Source: Promethearchaeota archaeon (GTDB taxonomy: Archaea; Asgardarchaeota; Lokiarchaeia; Sigyniarchaeales; Promethearchaeaceae). From it: a stretch of 32,000 nt of DNA. Where the stretch lies: contig JAFGBS010000004.1 in NCBI GenBank assembly GCA_016933055.1, positions 210,001 through 242,000 on the forward strand. Reading direction: 5' to 3'. Shown piece after piece: positions 1 through 9,037 of this stretch (its first letter is position 1; the number at the start of each line of letters is the position of its first letter). Below the pieces are notes generated by a model. It saw only the letters and a program-made list of their open reading frames with translations. It was not told the DNA's origin and did not search any database. A program made the translations under genes and the position numbers.

Positions 1-1
1 T

Positions 2-916
2 TCCAAATTTATCAGGTTCAAAAACGAAAGGAAAAACATAATTTGCACATTCTTGTACATGTTTCTCTCGTTTCTGACACATAATCCCTTCGATTTCATT
101 AAGTCTCTTCCTAAGATATTGTGCATTTCTATTTCGTTGAGCGTGTTGTTTTGGAAATTTCTTTAGCTGACTCCGTAACAATGCACAACATAGCTCAGAT
201 AAACGGTAATTGGATCCATATGTAAAATGATCATAGGAACGCTTTCCCTCTTTTCGTCCACAATCAATAATACTATAAATTTTATGAGCGAGATCATCAT
301 TATTCGTAATAACTGCCCCTCCTTCTCCGGATGTCAATACTTTGGATGCTTGGAAACTGAATGTCCCAATATCACCCCATGTTCCCATGCGTTTTCCCAT
401 GTATCTGCTTCCTTGGGCGTGCGCGGAATCTTCAATAACGAATAAGTCATGTTTCTTAGCAATTTCGCAGATTCTACCCATATGTGCGGGCATCCCTCCT
501 AAATGTACTGTAATTATAGCTTTTGTCCGTTCTGTGATGAGGGTTTCTATCTTTTTATCATCAATATTGAATGTTTCACGATCTATTTCCGCAAAAATAG
601 GTACCGCATTTACGGATACAACACAAGATGCTGATGCGAAAAACGTCATATCAGGAACGATAACTTCATTTCCTAAACCGATGTCTAAAGCTTGCAATGC
701 AATTTCCAATGCATGGGTTCCATTGGTTACTGCAAATGCATGCTTGACTTCGCAAAATTCTGCAAACTCTTTTTGAAATTCCCAGAAATGCTCTCCACAA
801 TGATTTGCAGGAGAACCTGCCCACCATTTACCGCTTTTAATTACCCCCGTTACTATATCTACATCCTCTTTATCCCATTGAGGCCATAGCGGAAATTTAG
901 AATTGGATTTATCCAT
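2..916 (-). CDS. DegT/DnrJ/EryC1/StrS family PLP-dependent aminotransferase (3'-truncated by the window edge; absent from ORF track)
   Basis: Manual translation from ATG at 916: MDKSNSKFPLWPQWDKED...AVTNGTHALEIAL...EVIVPDMTFFASA...IEDSAHAQG...FSFQASKVLTSGEGG. These are the family motifs, including the PLP lysine. The frame stays open to the left edge. Confidence 0.93.
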   Translation of the reverse strand, partial: MDKSNSKFPLWPQWDKEDVDIVTGVIKSGKWWAGSPANHCGEHFWEFQKEFAEFCEVKHAFAVTNGTHALEIALQALDIGLGNEVIVPDMTFFASASCVVSVNAVPIFAEIDRETFNIDDKKIETLITERTKAIITVHLGGMPAHMGRICEIAKKHDLFVIEDSAHAQGSRYMGKRMGTWGDIGTFSFQASKVLTSGEGGAVITNNDDLAHKIYSIIDCGRKEGKRSYDHFTYGSNYRLSELCCALLRSQLKKFPKQHAQRNRNAQYLRKRLNEIEGIMCQKREKHVQECANYVFPFVFEPDKFG

Positions 917-948
917 TTGATATCATATTAAAATTGGATAGATTCCTT

Positions 949-1938
949 TTAGATATATTGGAGTTTATCTTGAACCAGTTTAAATGCTATCATATGAAAA
1001 ACTTCGTCAACTAAATCCTTATTTAAGGCGGACGTCTCGATATAAGGGATTTTTAACTCCTTAGCTAAGTTTTCTCCCTCATCTGTGGTCACTACTCGCC
1101 CAAGATCTGTTTTATTTCCAATTAAAATTAAACTAATCTTTTCCCCTGCCCCCTTAAAGAATTCTTCATACCATTTGTTAATAGATTCGAAAGTCTGTGG
1201 TCGTGTTACATCAAATACTAAAAATCCTGCTTTCGCACTAGATAAATATGATTGTCGAACACGAGCAAACTGTCCTTGACCAGCTAAATCGTAGATCATG
1301 AAACGGACGCTAGTATTAATATTATCTAAAGTACAATCTTTTCGCAATATGTTAGCCCCAATCGTAGGTTTATAATCTACTTCGAATTTTCCTCCTACAA
1401 ATGTATGCACAAGAGTTGTTTTCCCTACCCCACCATCACCACCCAGAACCAGTTTGTATATAAACTCCCCCTCGGGAGAGATTTTTTGAAGCGTATTTTT
1501 GTTTTCGCTTAAAATTAATTGGGTTTTTCCTAAATGTGGAATGATAGGGGATACTATACGACCATCCAAAACACGAGCTATTTTTTCTGCCATAATATAA
1601 GCATAAGGAAACACATCATCCAATGAAGCATATAAATCAATAATAGTCACTAAAACAGCCAATTCACCTGCCTCAATAAAGATCATGCGATATTCTTCTG
1701 TATCGAAAGTTCCTGCCCCGAATCCACTGGATTTAAACTCTTCTGATATTCTTTTTAATGTAGGTTCTACTAACGCACTCAATCCGCCTACTTTTTCACT
1801 ATCCAGCTCTATTGAACCTGACTTGTCCTTTGCAGCAAAGAGTAATCCATCTCTATCTGCTATCACGACCGATACTAGAGAATCCACAACTTTAAAATAC
1901 CAATCCAACAATTCGGATAATTTCTTAGTATCCACCAT
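949..1938 (-). CDS. Roadblock/LC7 domain fused to a C-terminal Rab/Ras-like small GTPase (Asgard-type eukaryotic signature protein)
   Basis: N-terminal roadblock pattern (VVIADRDGLLFAA...GGLSAL...RMIFIEAGELAVLVTI). GTPase G1 GDGGVGKT, G2 YKPTIG, G3 YDLAGQ, G4 GNKTD, G5 ETSA. No C-terminal CAAX/CC. Start moved to ATG 1938 (MVDTKK) because GGTGAG lies 6 nt upstream; the ORF track starts at 2013. Confidence 0.9.
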   Translation of the reverse strand: MVDTKKLSELLDWYFKVVDSLVSVVIADRDGLLFAAKDKSGSIELDSEKVGGLSALVEPTLKRISEEFKSSGFGAGTFDTEEYRMIFIEAGELAVLVTIIDLYASLDDVFPYAYIMAEKIARVLDGRIVSPIIPHLGKTQLILSENKNTLQKISPEGEFIYKLVLGGDGGVGKTTLVHTFVGGKFEVDYKPTIGANILRKDCTLDNINTSVRFMIYDLAGQGQFARVRQSYLSSAKAGFLVFDVTRPQTFESINKWYEEFFKGAGEKISLILIGNKTDLGRVVTTDEGENLAKELKIPYIETSALNKDLVDEVFHMIAFKLVQDKLQYI

Positions 1939-2009
1939 ATATATCTCACCCTTTAAGTAAGATAATCTAAAAATAGGAATGCTAACAAAATCGTAAATAG
2001 ATATGGATT

Positions 2010-5000
2010 TCATTTAAAGAAATTGGTGATTTTTACTTGTTTTAACTTAGGATTATCGGTTAGTGATTTTACATATTCATCCATTAACTGAAATCTTTGT
2101 TTTGTGTAAAGACTGAGATCATATTTTTTACACAGATCGAGGGATCTTTGCAGATATTTTTCAATTCCACCTTGTGTCACTGTCAATTTAAGTTCCCCTC
2201 CACACTCATTACACTTACCCGATAAAGGAATGCGTCTGTATTTTGTCCCGCAAGATGCATTTTTACATAAAAATTCTTGTTGAGAAAAGGTACGTAAATT
2301 TCCCATAATATCAGGAGTAAAATGTGTCTTTAGAATGTTTTGGGCTACATCTTTAGCATTTACAGCTCGAATCTTATCTTGGAGCTCTAATTGGGATTGG
2401 ATTTTTTCACCCATTTCCTTAAGACGTTTATATGCCGATAGTTTTGGTCCATATTTTATACTCTTTGTTGGATGAGTAAAATTGATTGGAGTGAATTGAT
2501 TGGATTTTCCGATACGATATTTTACGATATCCATATCTAATAATTTTTTTTTCTCTATATCTTCTGGTTTGGGATAAGTACTACTTAATTCATAAAAATC
2601 AAGATTGTATTTTGCTGCACAATCTATATTCCACGCTTCACTATCGATCTCATCAGGATTTAAAGTAACGATTAACACCAAAGGTGCGTCCATTTTTCCC
2701 CCAATCTTAGAGGAAAGATAAAACTTGGAGAAATTTAATAATAAATCTAAAAGTAACATAATTCCGTCTTCATCACCATCACAGTTACGCCGTTTTGCTG
2801 CATGCCAGTAGGGATGAGCATATAATGCTTGGATAGGAGCATATCCAATTAATCTCCCTACAATAGCAGCAGATGTGTGAGGGGACAATCCCGCAAAATA
2901 ATGGCCGATGACTTCCTCACGGGTGGTGCAATTATAAAATCTAGGTAATTCATAGAAGTATTCCAATTCTTCATCCACAAAATTGGCGACTTTAATAAAA
3001 TAATCTCCACAGTGCTCTGGAGCTATGAAATCCTGGCATTTTAATTCACAAATTTGATTTTTATCTACTAGTGTCTTACCCTTATAATCTTCGGTATATC
3101 CCAATTTTCTTAGGGTTTCAACACTGGTCCCTATCTCCATGGGAGTAAAATGTGTTAGAGGAATATCTAAAGCATCAAAACGAATTGTGCCATCTTTATA
3201 AACCCAAACCTCGTTTCGAGCTCTTAAAATCCCTTTTTCTATAGGTTCAGGAACTTTAAATTGAGATGTCAAACCTTCTACTCCATTTAGGTCGGAATTT
3301 TTCAAATTCTTCATTTTTGGCGATAAATCATCTAGTATACTTTTGAAGTTGATTTTTCTATTTTGATAATCACTTAAGTATCCATGACACGAGGTGCATT
3401 CAGATTCTAACGCTGATTCATATTTTTCACAGTTGGTACAATATTTTAAAATAATTGTGTGCTTTTTACATAGAAGACATTGATTACGGTAGGTAGTTTC
3501 TCCACAAATGGGACACTGACGGATAACAATATCTACGGAACTAGTATTACCAGACCGCATCACCTTTTCTAGATTTCGACTCTTTCCGTGACCAAGAGGG
3601 AATAACACTTGTATTGAATGTTTTAATTTCTTGAATTCAGCTTTTTCTGGTCTACCCATTCTGGCTCCCATGTAGTATACTCCTTTATCACGTATTTTTA
3701 TATCGCTTATTAGTGGAAAAACCTCAAGTGCCGTAAGATTCTCACTTTTTTGCTCAATTTGCTGGATTATGGCGGGAGAGAAATTTCTAGATAAGCTCAG
3801 AATTTCCTTAAAAACGAAACTTAGATCTTTGCTTAGCTCAAAATGTGATTTTTTGTTCTTATGAGGAGTGAAACTTGAGTATAATACCTTTTTACAGATA
3901 TCTGAGTTAGGTATAGTAAGATATTCATCATTTTCGAATTTCCGAGAATTCTGAACATAAAAATCTTTTATTTCTCTTCTTAATTGAAGCAATTCATACC
4001 CATTTACATTACCAAAATGACTGGTATATGCAGGATGTAGAGGAATACCCAACAGTTTGGATAGTTCAACAGATTGCTCTCCCGTTGGTTTAGAAGTGAA
4101 TGGGTCATCTAACCAAGATTTTATATTCGCATCGGAAAAGGTAGTAGAAGAGACATTCGCTCTACCCTCGAGCGATTTTTCTAGTTCTAGAACCCACCAT
4201 TCTTCAACATAACTCGAATGAAGCAAGGTGTGGTTGTTTTCGGAAAATTCTCCATATCCAAATAAAATATCTCCTAGAAATAGAATGGCTTCCACTTCTG
4301 TATTCTTGGTGACCTTCTGGTAGGATCTAGGTTCATTAAATTGCACCACATCTCCATTTTTTAGCAAGCACACAGGACCTTCAATGGAAGTAACGGGAAG
4401 TACTGAAGCCGCTTTTCCAGGACGTTCTATCTTCATTTGAGTGCCAACCGCGAGAAATTCGTTACACACGTACATAGTGTTTGGATTTAATCCACATGCA
4501 GCCAATCCTGTATTGCGTGAACGTCCATATCGAATTCGAAACCCTCCTGGTTGTGAGGGGTGTGAAATAACAGGTCGACCCGCAATCACTCCTGAAATAT
4601 ATTTAAAATTAGGTTTTATTTTTTCTTCTAGTTTTTTTCTTCGCTTTTGGACAGGGGTTGCCGATTCTTTCGTTTCATCGCTAGTTGTTTTCTCACTTTT
4701 TTCATGCGCATATTCTTTAACTTTGTTGATCCATTCCCATCCTTTTATGTTTAGATGAGAGATCATCTTTGCCAATTTACCGGATTTTAAAATAACTCCG
4801 TCGTTAAGAACTAATACGGGACCACTTCGAACTGTGTTAGTCTCTATACGTGGTAAATCCCGATGAGCCGATACTTCATATTTTTCTGTGGGGTCTCCAT
4901 TTAATTCGACTTTTAGATTTTTTAAGGTAAATCGTAATTCTTGCTTAGTAGATGGGTATTGCAAATTTACCTTCCGATCATATAATTTGACCTCCTCTAC

Positions 5001-5597
5001 CATTCGATCTATTTCTTGCTCTGTTGCTTGGTATGGTTTAATACCCATTTTTTCTCTTACGTAGTCTGCGACAAGTACGGCAAATGCTTGGATGGTCCCT
5101 CCAGCATTACGGATTGGTCCTGAGAAATAAAGGGATAAGTAGGCAGGTCCGCCCAAAGGATTTTCTCTAATAACAATTTTATTGATTCCTTCTAACGGGG
5201 CAGACACCACTCCTTGAGTTTTAATAGCCATTGCAACGCGAATAGCCCTATCTGCTTTCTCAGTAAAATTATAGGTTCCAATTTTGCCTTCAATTATTTC
5301 ATCAGCGATTTGAAATGCAAGTTTATCTGGATCTAATCCTTGTTTCGTCAGAAATCGTATCCGATTCGAGACCCCTTTAGGACCTATTAGTTGTTCCACT
5401 CGATCAGCTACGTCATGAGTAGGAGGACACTCCACTTCCTCTTCGGGATCTAATCCCTTGCTGCGTGCAGAATTTGCAAGTGAATATATATGATCGATAT
5501 CTTGTTGGATTGAAGAAAAGTACTCTTTTGTTTTTGCGTCCATTTCAATATCTAATTCATGTTCTATGTGTGAAGGCACTGGATTGTCATTTGTCAT
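2010..5597 (-). CDS. polC: DNA polymerase D large (catalytic) subunit DP2
   Basis: Motifs RIRYGRSRNTGLA, GTQMKIERPGK, RMGRPEKA, HAAKRRNCDGDEDG; central and C-terminal Cys zinc clusters; C-terminal PCNA-binding PIP box KQVKITNFF. About 1195 aa, no intein. Alternative GTG start at 5615. Confidence 0.97.
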   Translation of the reverse strand: MTNDNPVPSHIEHELDIEMDAKTKEYFSSIQQDIDHIYSLANSARSKGLDPEEEVECPPTHDVADRVEQLIGPKGVSNRIRFLTKQGLDPDKLAFQIADEIIEGKIGTYNFTEKADRAIRVAMAIKTQGVVSAPLEGINKIVIRENPLGGPAYLSLYFSGPIRNAGGTIQAFAVLVADYVREKMGIKPYQATEQEIDRMVEEVKLYDRKVNLQYPSTKQELRFTLKNLKVELNGDPTEKYEVSAHRDLPRIETNTVRSGPVLVLNDGVILKSGKLAKMISHLNIKGWEWINKVKEYAHEKSEKTTSDETKESATPVQKRRKKLEEKIKPNFKYISGVIAGRPVISHPSQPGGFRIRYGRSRNTGLAACGLNPNTMYVCNEFLAVGTQMKIERPGKAASVLPVTSIEGPVCLLKNGDVVQFNEPRSYQKVTKNTEVEAILFLGDILFGYGEFSENNHTLLHSSYVEEWWVLELEKSLEGRANVSSTTFSDANIKSWLDDPFTSKPTGEQSVELSKLLGIPLHPAYTSHFGNVNGYELLQLRREIKDFYVQNSRKFENDEYLTIPNSDICKKVLYSSFTPHKNKKSHFELSKDLSFVFKEILSLSRNFSPAIIQQIEQKSENLTALEVFPLISDIKIRDKGVYYMGARMGRPEKAEFKKLKHSIQVLFPLGHGKSRNLEKVMRSGNTSSVDIVIRQCPICGETTYRNQCLLCKKHTIILKYCTNCEKYESALESECTSCHGYLSDYQNRKINFKSILDDLSPKMKNLKNSDLNGVEGLTSQFKVPEPIEKGILRARNEVWVYKDGTIRFDALDIPLTHFTPMEIGTSVETLRKLGYTEDYKGKTLVDKNQICELKCQDFIAPEHCGDYFIKVANFVDEELEYFYELPRFYNCTTREEVIGHYFAGLSPHTSAAIVGRLIGYAPIQALYAHPYWHAAKRRNCDGDEDGIMLLLDLLLNFSKFYLSSKIGGKMDAPLVLIVTLNPDEIDSEAWNIDCAAKYNLDFYELSSTYPKPEDIEKKKLLDMDIVKYRIGKSNQFTPINFTHPTKSIKYGPKLSAYKRLKEMGEKIQSQLELQDKIRAVNAKDVAQNILKTHFTPDIMGNLRTFSQQEFLCKNASCGTKYRRIPLSGKCNECGGELKLTVTQGGIEKYLQRSLDLCKKYDLSLYTKQRFQLMDEYVKSLTDNPKLKQVKITNFFK

Positions 5598-5786
5598 AAG
5601 ATATCCGTCACTCACTAATAATATGCAAAATTTTTATGATTATTGATTAGAGTATTAATAGGAAACTATTCTAAATATCTAAAACGAGTAACTTAATAAT
5701 ATAAAGAGTTTAACGGTTTAGACTCTATCCTCTTTTAAATTCTTAAAAAATGGGATATATATAGAGAAAACACTCGGAGATCGAGG

Positions 5787-7565
5787 ATGGATCCAGAAAA
5801 AAAATTCACTAAACATGATATTCTTCTTCATTTTCTCAGTGCTGGTATTAACATCTCTCCTGAAGCACTAGAGGTCCTTACCCAAAAGTCTCCGAAACAT
5901 AAAGACGTTGAAGAACTTATACGTGAAATTTCCTATATTCCTGGATTTAGATTGCATCTCACTTTATCTATACTGCAACATACTGCATTCTACAAAACTA
6001 CAACAAATAACCATCCTAGATCTTCAAATATTCCTGAAAATGAAAAAGATCTAGCTGTCAATTCTTTAGATAAAACATTAAAACTCCAGCATGCCGCTGC
6101 AAACCCCAAAAACCGAGAACAAAATAATAGCGTATCGGAAGCATTAGAACCCACTGAAAAATTAAATTCCAATGAAACACAACATAAACTTACAAAAAAT
6201 CAAAGTGGAATAACTCCACTACCAGTCCCACCTTTAAATCTCACGATCAAACCCTCGGGTACAAAGAGGTTTAAAGCAATTGCAAGGGATTTTTCTGAGC
6301 AGATCGAAATCTTAAAGGATCCCTCTACGGATCTCTATACTAGTGGTACTATTGATGACTTTCTTGCTATGTATCGTGATCGCTTTCACCGTTTAAAAGA
6401 AATTTTATATAAAAATCCTGAAGTTGAAAATGTCTATCCCATAAATCAAGTAACATCTCGCCAAAGTTCTACACCTGAAATTAATGTTATCGGAATGGTA
6501 AAGGAGAAAAAAACTTCTCGCAGTGGATCTTATATAAAATTCACATTGGATGATGAAACAGGAGAACTGGATATCCTTGTTCGTCCAGATTCTCAGAATC
6601 CCGAAATTTTTAAAAAAATGAATAATCTATTAAATGATGAGGTTATTTTTGTTTCTGGTTATTTGAACGTAGATCCCCAGAAAAGGACCTCAATTTTATT
6701 TGCAAACAATATCATCTGGCCAGATGTACCTATAGGTCACAGAATTCAAATTCCTCCATGTGATATATCCTTTGCAATGCTATCAGATCTTCATATCGGA
6801 AGTGAAAATTTCCTAGAGAATGTGTTTCAGCGATTTATCAAATATCTTAAAGGAGAACTATTTGATACTCAAAGGGATTTAGAAGAAGCAGGAAGGATAA
6901 AATATGTAATTATTTGTGGAGACCTAGTAGATGGTATTGGGGTATATGCGGATCAGATCAATGAACTTAAAATAACCGACATATATCAACAATATGAGAA
7001 AGCTGCAGAATTACTGGCGTTATTCCCAGACTACATAAAAGTTATTTATATTCCGGGTAATCATGAACCCGTAAGGAAGGCAATTCCTCATCCTGCAGTA
7101 CCTTCCAAATATTGTCAACCCATTTTAGATTTGGGTGTAATAAATATTGGGGATCCAAGTCTCGTCGAACTACACGGCATTAAATTTCTCTTAAATCATG
7201 GAGATGGCATTATAGATATGAATAATAACATATATGGTCTAAAAAATAATAAACCCGCAGACACTATGAAAGAAATGTTAAAGTGTCGTCATCTAAGCCC
7301 TATGTATGGTAAAGAATGCACGGAAAAAGCTCCTTCTTCCCGAGACTGGTTAGTTATAGACCAAATTCCGCACGTGTTCCATACGGGACACATGCATATT
7401 AATGACTTATCTCATTACAACAATGTGTTACTTTTAAATTCAGGGTGCTTTCAAGCGCAAACAAAATTCATGAAAAGTTTGGGAATCACACCCACGCCTG
7501 GAAAGGTTCCTATAATATCGGTAAGTTTTGGAAAGCTGAACACAACTTTATTAACTTTAATGTGA
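5787..7565 (+). CDS. polB: DNA polymerase D small (3'-5' exonuclease) subunit DP1
   Basis: Calcineurin-like phosphoesterase motifs SDLHIGS, GDLVDG, PGNHE, HG, HTGHMH; OB fold (VIGMVKEKK...TLDDETG); short helical N-domain and polar linker; C-terminal TPTPGKVP. Confidence 0.95.
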   Translation: MDPEKKFTKHDILLHFLSAGINISPEALEVLTQKSPKHKDVEELIREISYIPGFRLHLTLSILQHTAFYKTTTNNHPRSSNIPENEKDLAVNSLDKTLKLQHAAANPKNREQNNSVSEALEPTEKLNSNETQHKLTKNQSGITPLPVPPLNLTIKPSGTKRFKAIARDFSEQIEILKDPSTDLYTSGTIDDFLAMYRDRFHRLKEILYKNPEVENVYPINQVTSRQSSTPEINVIGMVKEKKTSRSGSYIKFTLDDETGELDILVRPDSQNPEIFKKMNNLLNDEVIFVSGYLNVDPQKRTSILFANNIIWPDVPIGHRIQIPPCDISFAMLSDLHIGSENFLENVFQRFIKYLKGELFDTQRDLEEAGRIKYVIICGDLVDGIGVYADQINELKITDIYQQYEKAAELLALFPDYIKVIYIPGNHEPVRKAIPHPAVPSKYCQPILDLGVINIGDPSLVELHGIKFLLNHGDGIIDMNNNIYGLKNNKPADTMKEMLKCRHLSPMYGKECTEKAPSSRDWLVIDQIPHVFHTGHMHINDLSHYNNVLLLNSGCFQAQTKFMKSLGITPTPGKVPIISVSFGKLNTTLLTLM

Positions 7566-7571
7566 TCTATT

Positions 7572-8267
7572 ATGGATTTAACAATATCGGAAAAAAACAG
7601 CATATTCTTTAAACAAATATGGAAGATATTAGGCATTACTGGTATTCCAATAAATGATCTTGTCTATGAAATTAGTTATAAATTGAATCTTCCATACCGA
7701 CCAGCTACAGTTATTAAAAAAATACAAGAAGCTCTTACTCAAGGTATTCTGAAAGAAAAGGATAAAATTTTGTTCTTAAATCAAGATGACATGAATTCTA
7801 TCTTAGATGAACAACACAACATGGAAAAGAAAGTTTCTAATATGCAAGTTCCATGGAATCGATTCGAGGAAAGTTATGATACTTGGATGAATTCAACTGA
7901 ACGAAAAACAGAAATTCGAGATAAGAAATCCCTAAAAATTAATTCGGTTATTAAGAAAGTTATGAATGAAGACGCGATTGAAAAAGGTAAAGAGATTCCC
8001 ATATCCCAATACCATCCAATTCTTATTGAAAAAGGTATTGAGGGAATCATCCATAATAAAAACATGTATAATTTCAAGATAGATCTACAAAATAAAATAA
8101 TCCTACACAATTGCAGTGAATTTATACACCATTTATCAGAAAAATATTTGTGCAAGCATTTTTTTCGGATTTTTATGTATCTTAAAGTAAAAGATATGGA
8201 TTTATTAAAAGACATATTAATCTCGCTATTAGAAGAGAAAAATAGATGGCAATTTAAAAAAAACTGA
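7572..8267 (+). CDS. Hypothetical protein: N-terminal winged-helix-like region (DUF2240-like) and C-terminal SWIM-like zinc finger
   Basis: Starts 6 nt after the DP1 stop. C-terminal HNCSEF...LCKH pattern. The N-terminal DLVYEISYKL...IQEALTQGIL resembles DUF2240 from memory only. Confidence 0.6.
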   Translation: MDLTISEKNSIFFKQIWKILGITGIPINDLVYEISYKLNLPYRPATVIKKIQEALTQGILKEKDKILFLNQDDMNSILDEQHNMEKKVSNMQVPWNRFEESYDTWMNSTERKTEIRDKKSLKINSVIKKVMNEDAIEKGKEIPISQYHPILIEKGIEGIIHNKNMYNFKIDLQNKIILHNCSEFIHHLSEKYLCKHFFRIFMYLKVKDMDLLKDILISLLEEKNRWQFKKN

Positions 8268-9035
8268 CTACAACCTTTTCCGGGCGTATTTTACCGCATT
8301 TTCAAAAATGATTAATCCCGTGATATGGGGATTATCCTGTCTTACCCACTGAGGGTGGTGCTGCGGGATAAAATGACATTCTGGGTGGGGCATCATACCA
8401 AAAATCAAACCAGATTCATTACAGATCCCTGCGATACCATCTATAGATCCGTTTGGATTGTTCGGATAGGTTTTTGGATAATACGTAAAAACAATTAATC
8501 CCCTATCCCATAATTGGGCTAGAGTATCAACACTTTCAACGACAAAACGTCCCTCCCCATGTCTTACAGGTACATCTAAGGGAGAACTCATGCCTTTAGT
8601 CCATATACATGGGGAATTTTCAACAGGTTGAACCGTCACCCATCGAGATTCAAATTGTCCAGATTGGTTTCCAGTTAAAGTCACAGTTTGCGTATAATAT
8701 AGATTATTTAATGCAGGTAAAATACCCATTTTAACAAGGACTTGGAAACCATTACATATGCCAATAATCAATTTGTCTTCTTCAATGAACTTAGAGACTT
8801 CGTCCCGTAAATTATATCGGAATTTATTGGCGAGCACTCTACCAGAACCTAAATGATCCCCAAAACTAAAACCCCCGGGGATCATCAGTATTTCATAATT
8901 TTCTAATGAATCTTTTTGAGAGATAAAATCATTAATATGCACTCGGTGGGGATCTGCACCAGCCAGTCGAAATACTTCCTCCGATTCATAATCTGTATTG
9001 ATACCATATCCCGTAATTATAGCTACTCTTACCAT
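8268..9035 (-). CDS. purQ: Phosphoribosylformylglycinamidine synthase glutaminase subunit
   Basis: PGGFSFGD, GICNGFQ (Cys nucleophile), HGEG, MMPHPE. GGAGG lies 8 nt upstream of ATG 9035; an alternative ATG at 9041 overlaps the purL stop (ATGA). Confidence 0.96.
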   Translation of the reverse strand: MVRVAIITGYGINTDYESEEVFRLAGADPHRVHINDFISQKDSLENYEILMIPGGFSFGDHLGSGRVLANKFRYNLRDEVSKFIEEDKLIIGICNGFQVLVKMGILPALNNLYYTQTVTLTGNQSGQFESRWVTVQPVENSPCIWTKGMSSPLDVPVRHGEGRFVVESVDTLAQLWDRGLIVFTYYPKTYPNNPNGSIDGIAGICNESGLIFGMMPHPECHFIPQHHPQWVRQDNPHITGLIIFENAVKYARKRL

Positions 9036-9037
9036 GT

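Noticed and set aside
40-80. Apparent frameshift near the DegT 3' end at a CT dinucleotide run
   Set aside because: Re-reading shows the frame is continuous (QKREKHVQECANYVFPFVFEPDKFG).
227-889. Plus-strand ORFs 227-445, 342-776 and 692-889
   Set aside because: Antisense shadows of the minus-strand DegT aminotransferase, which the track missed because it runs off the edge.
1939-2013. 4-bp ATGA overlap between polC and the GTPase gene implying translational coupling
   Set aside because: The 25-aa extension looks non-homologous, and a good GGTGAG site supports the start at 1938.
2010-5597. Intein in DP2 (also considered for RtcB and Cdc6)
   Set aside because: Lengths are normal and no intein splice or LAGLIDADG motifs were seen.
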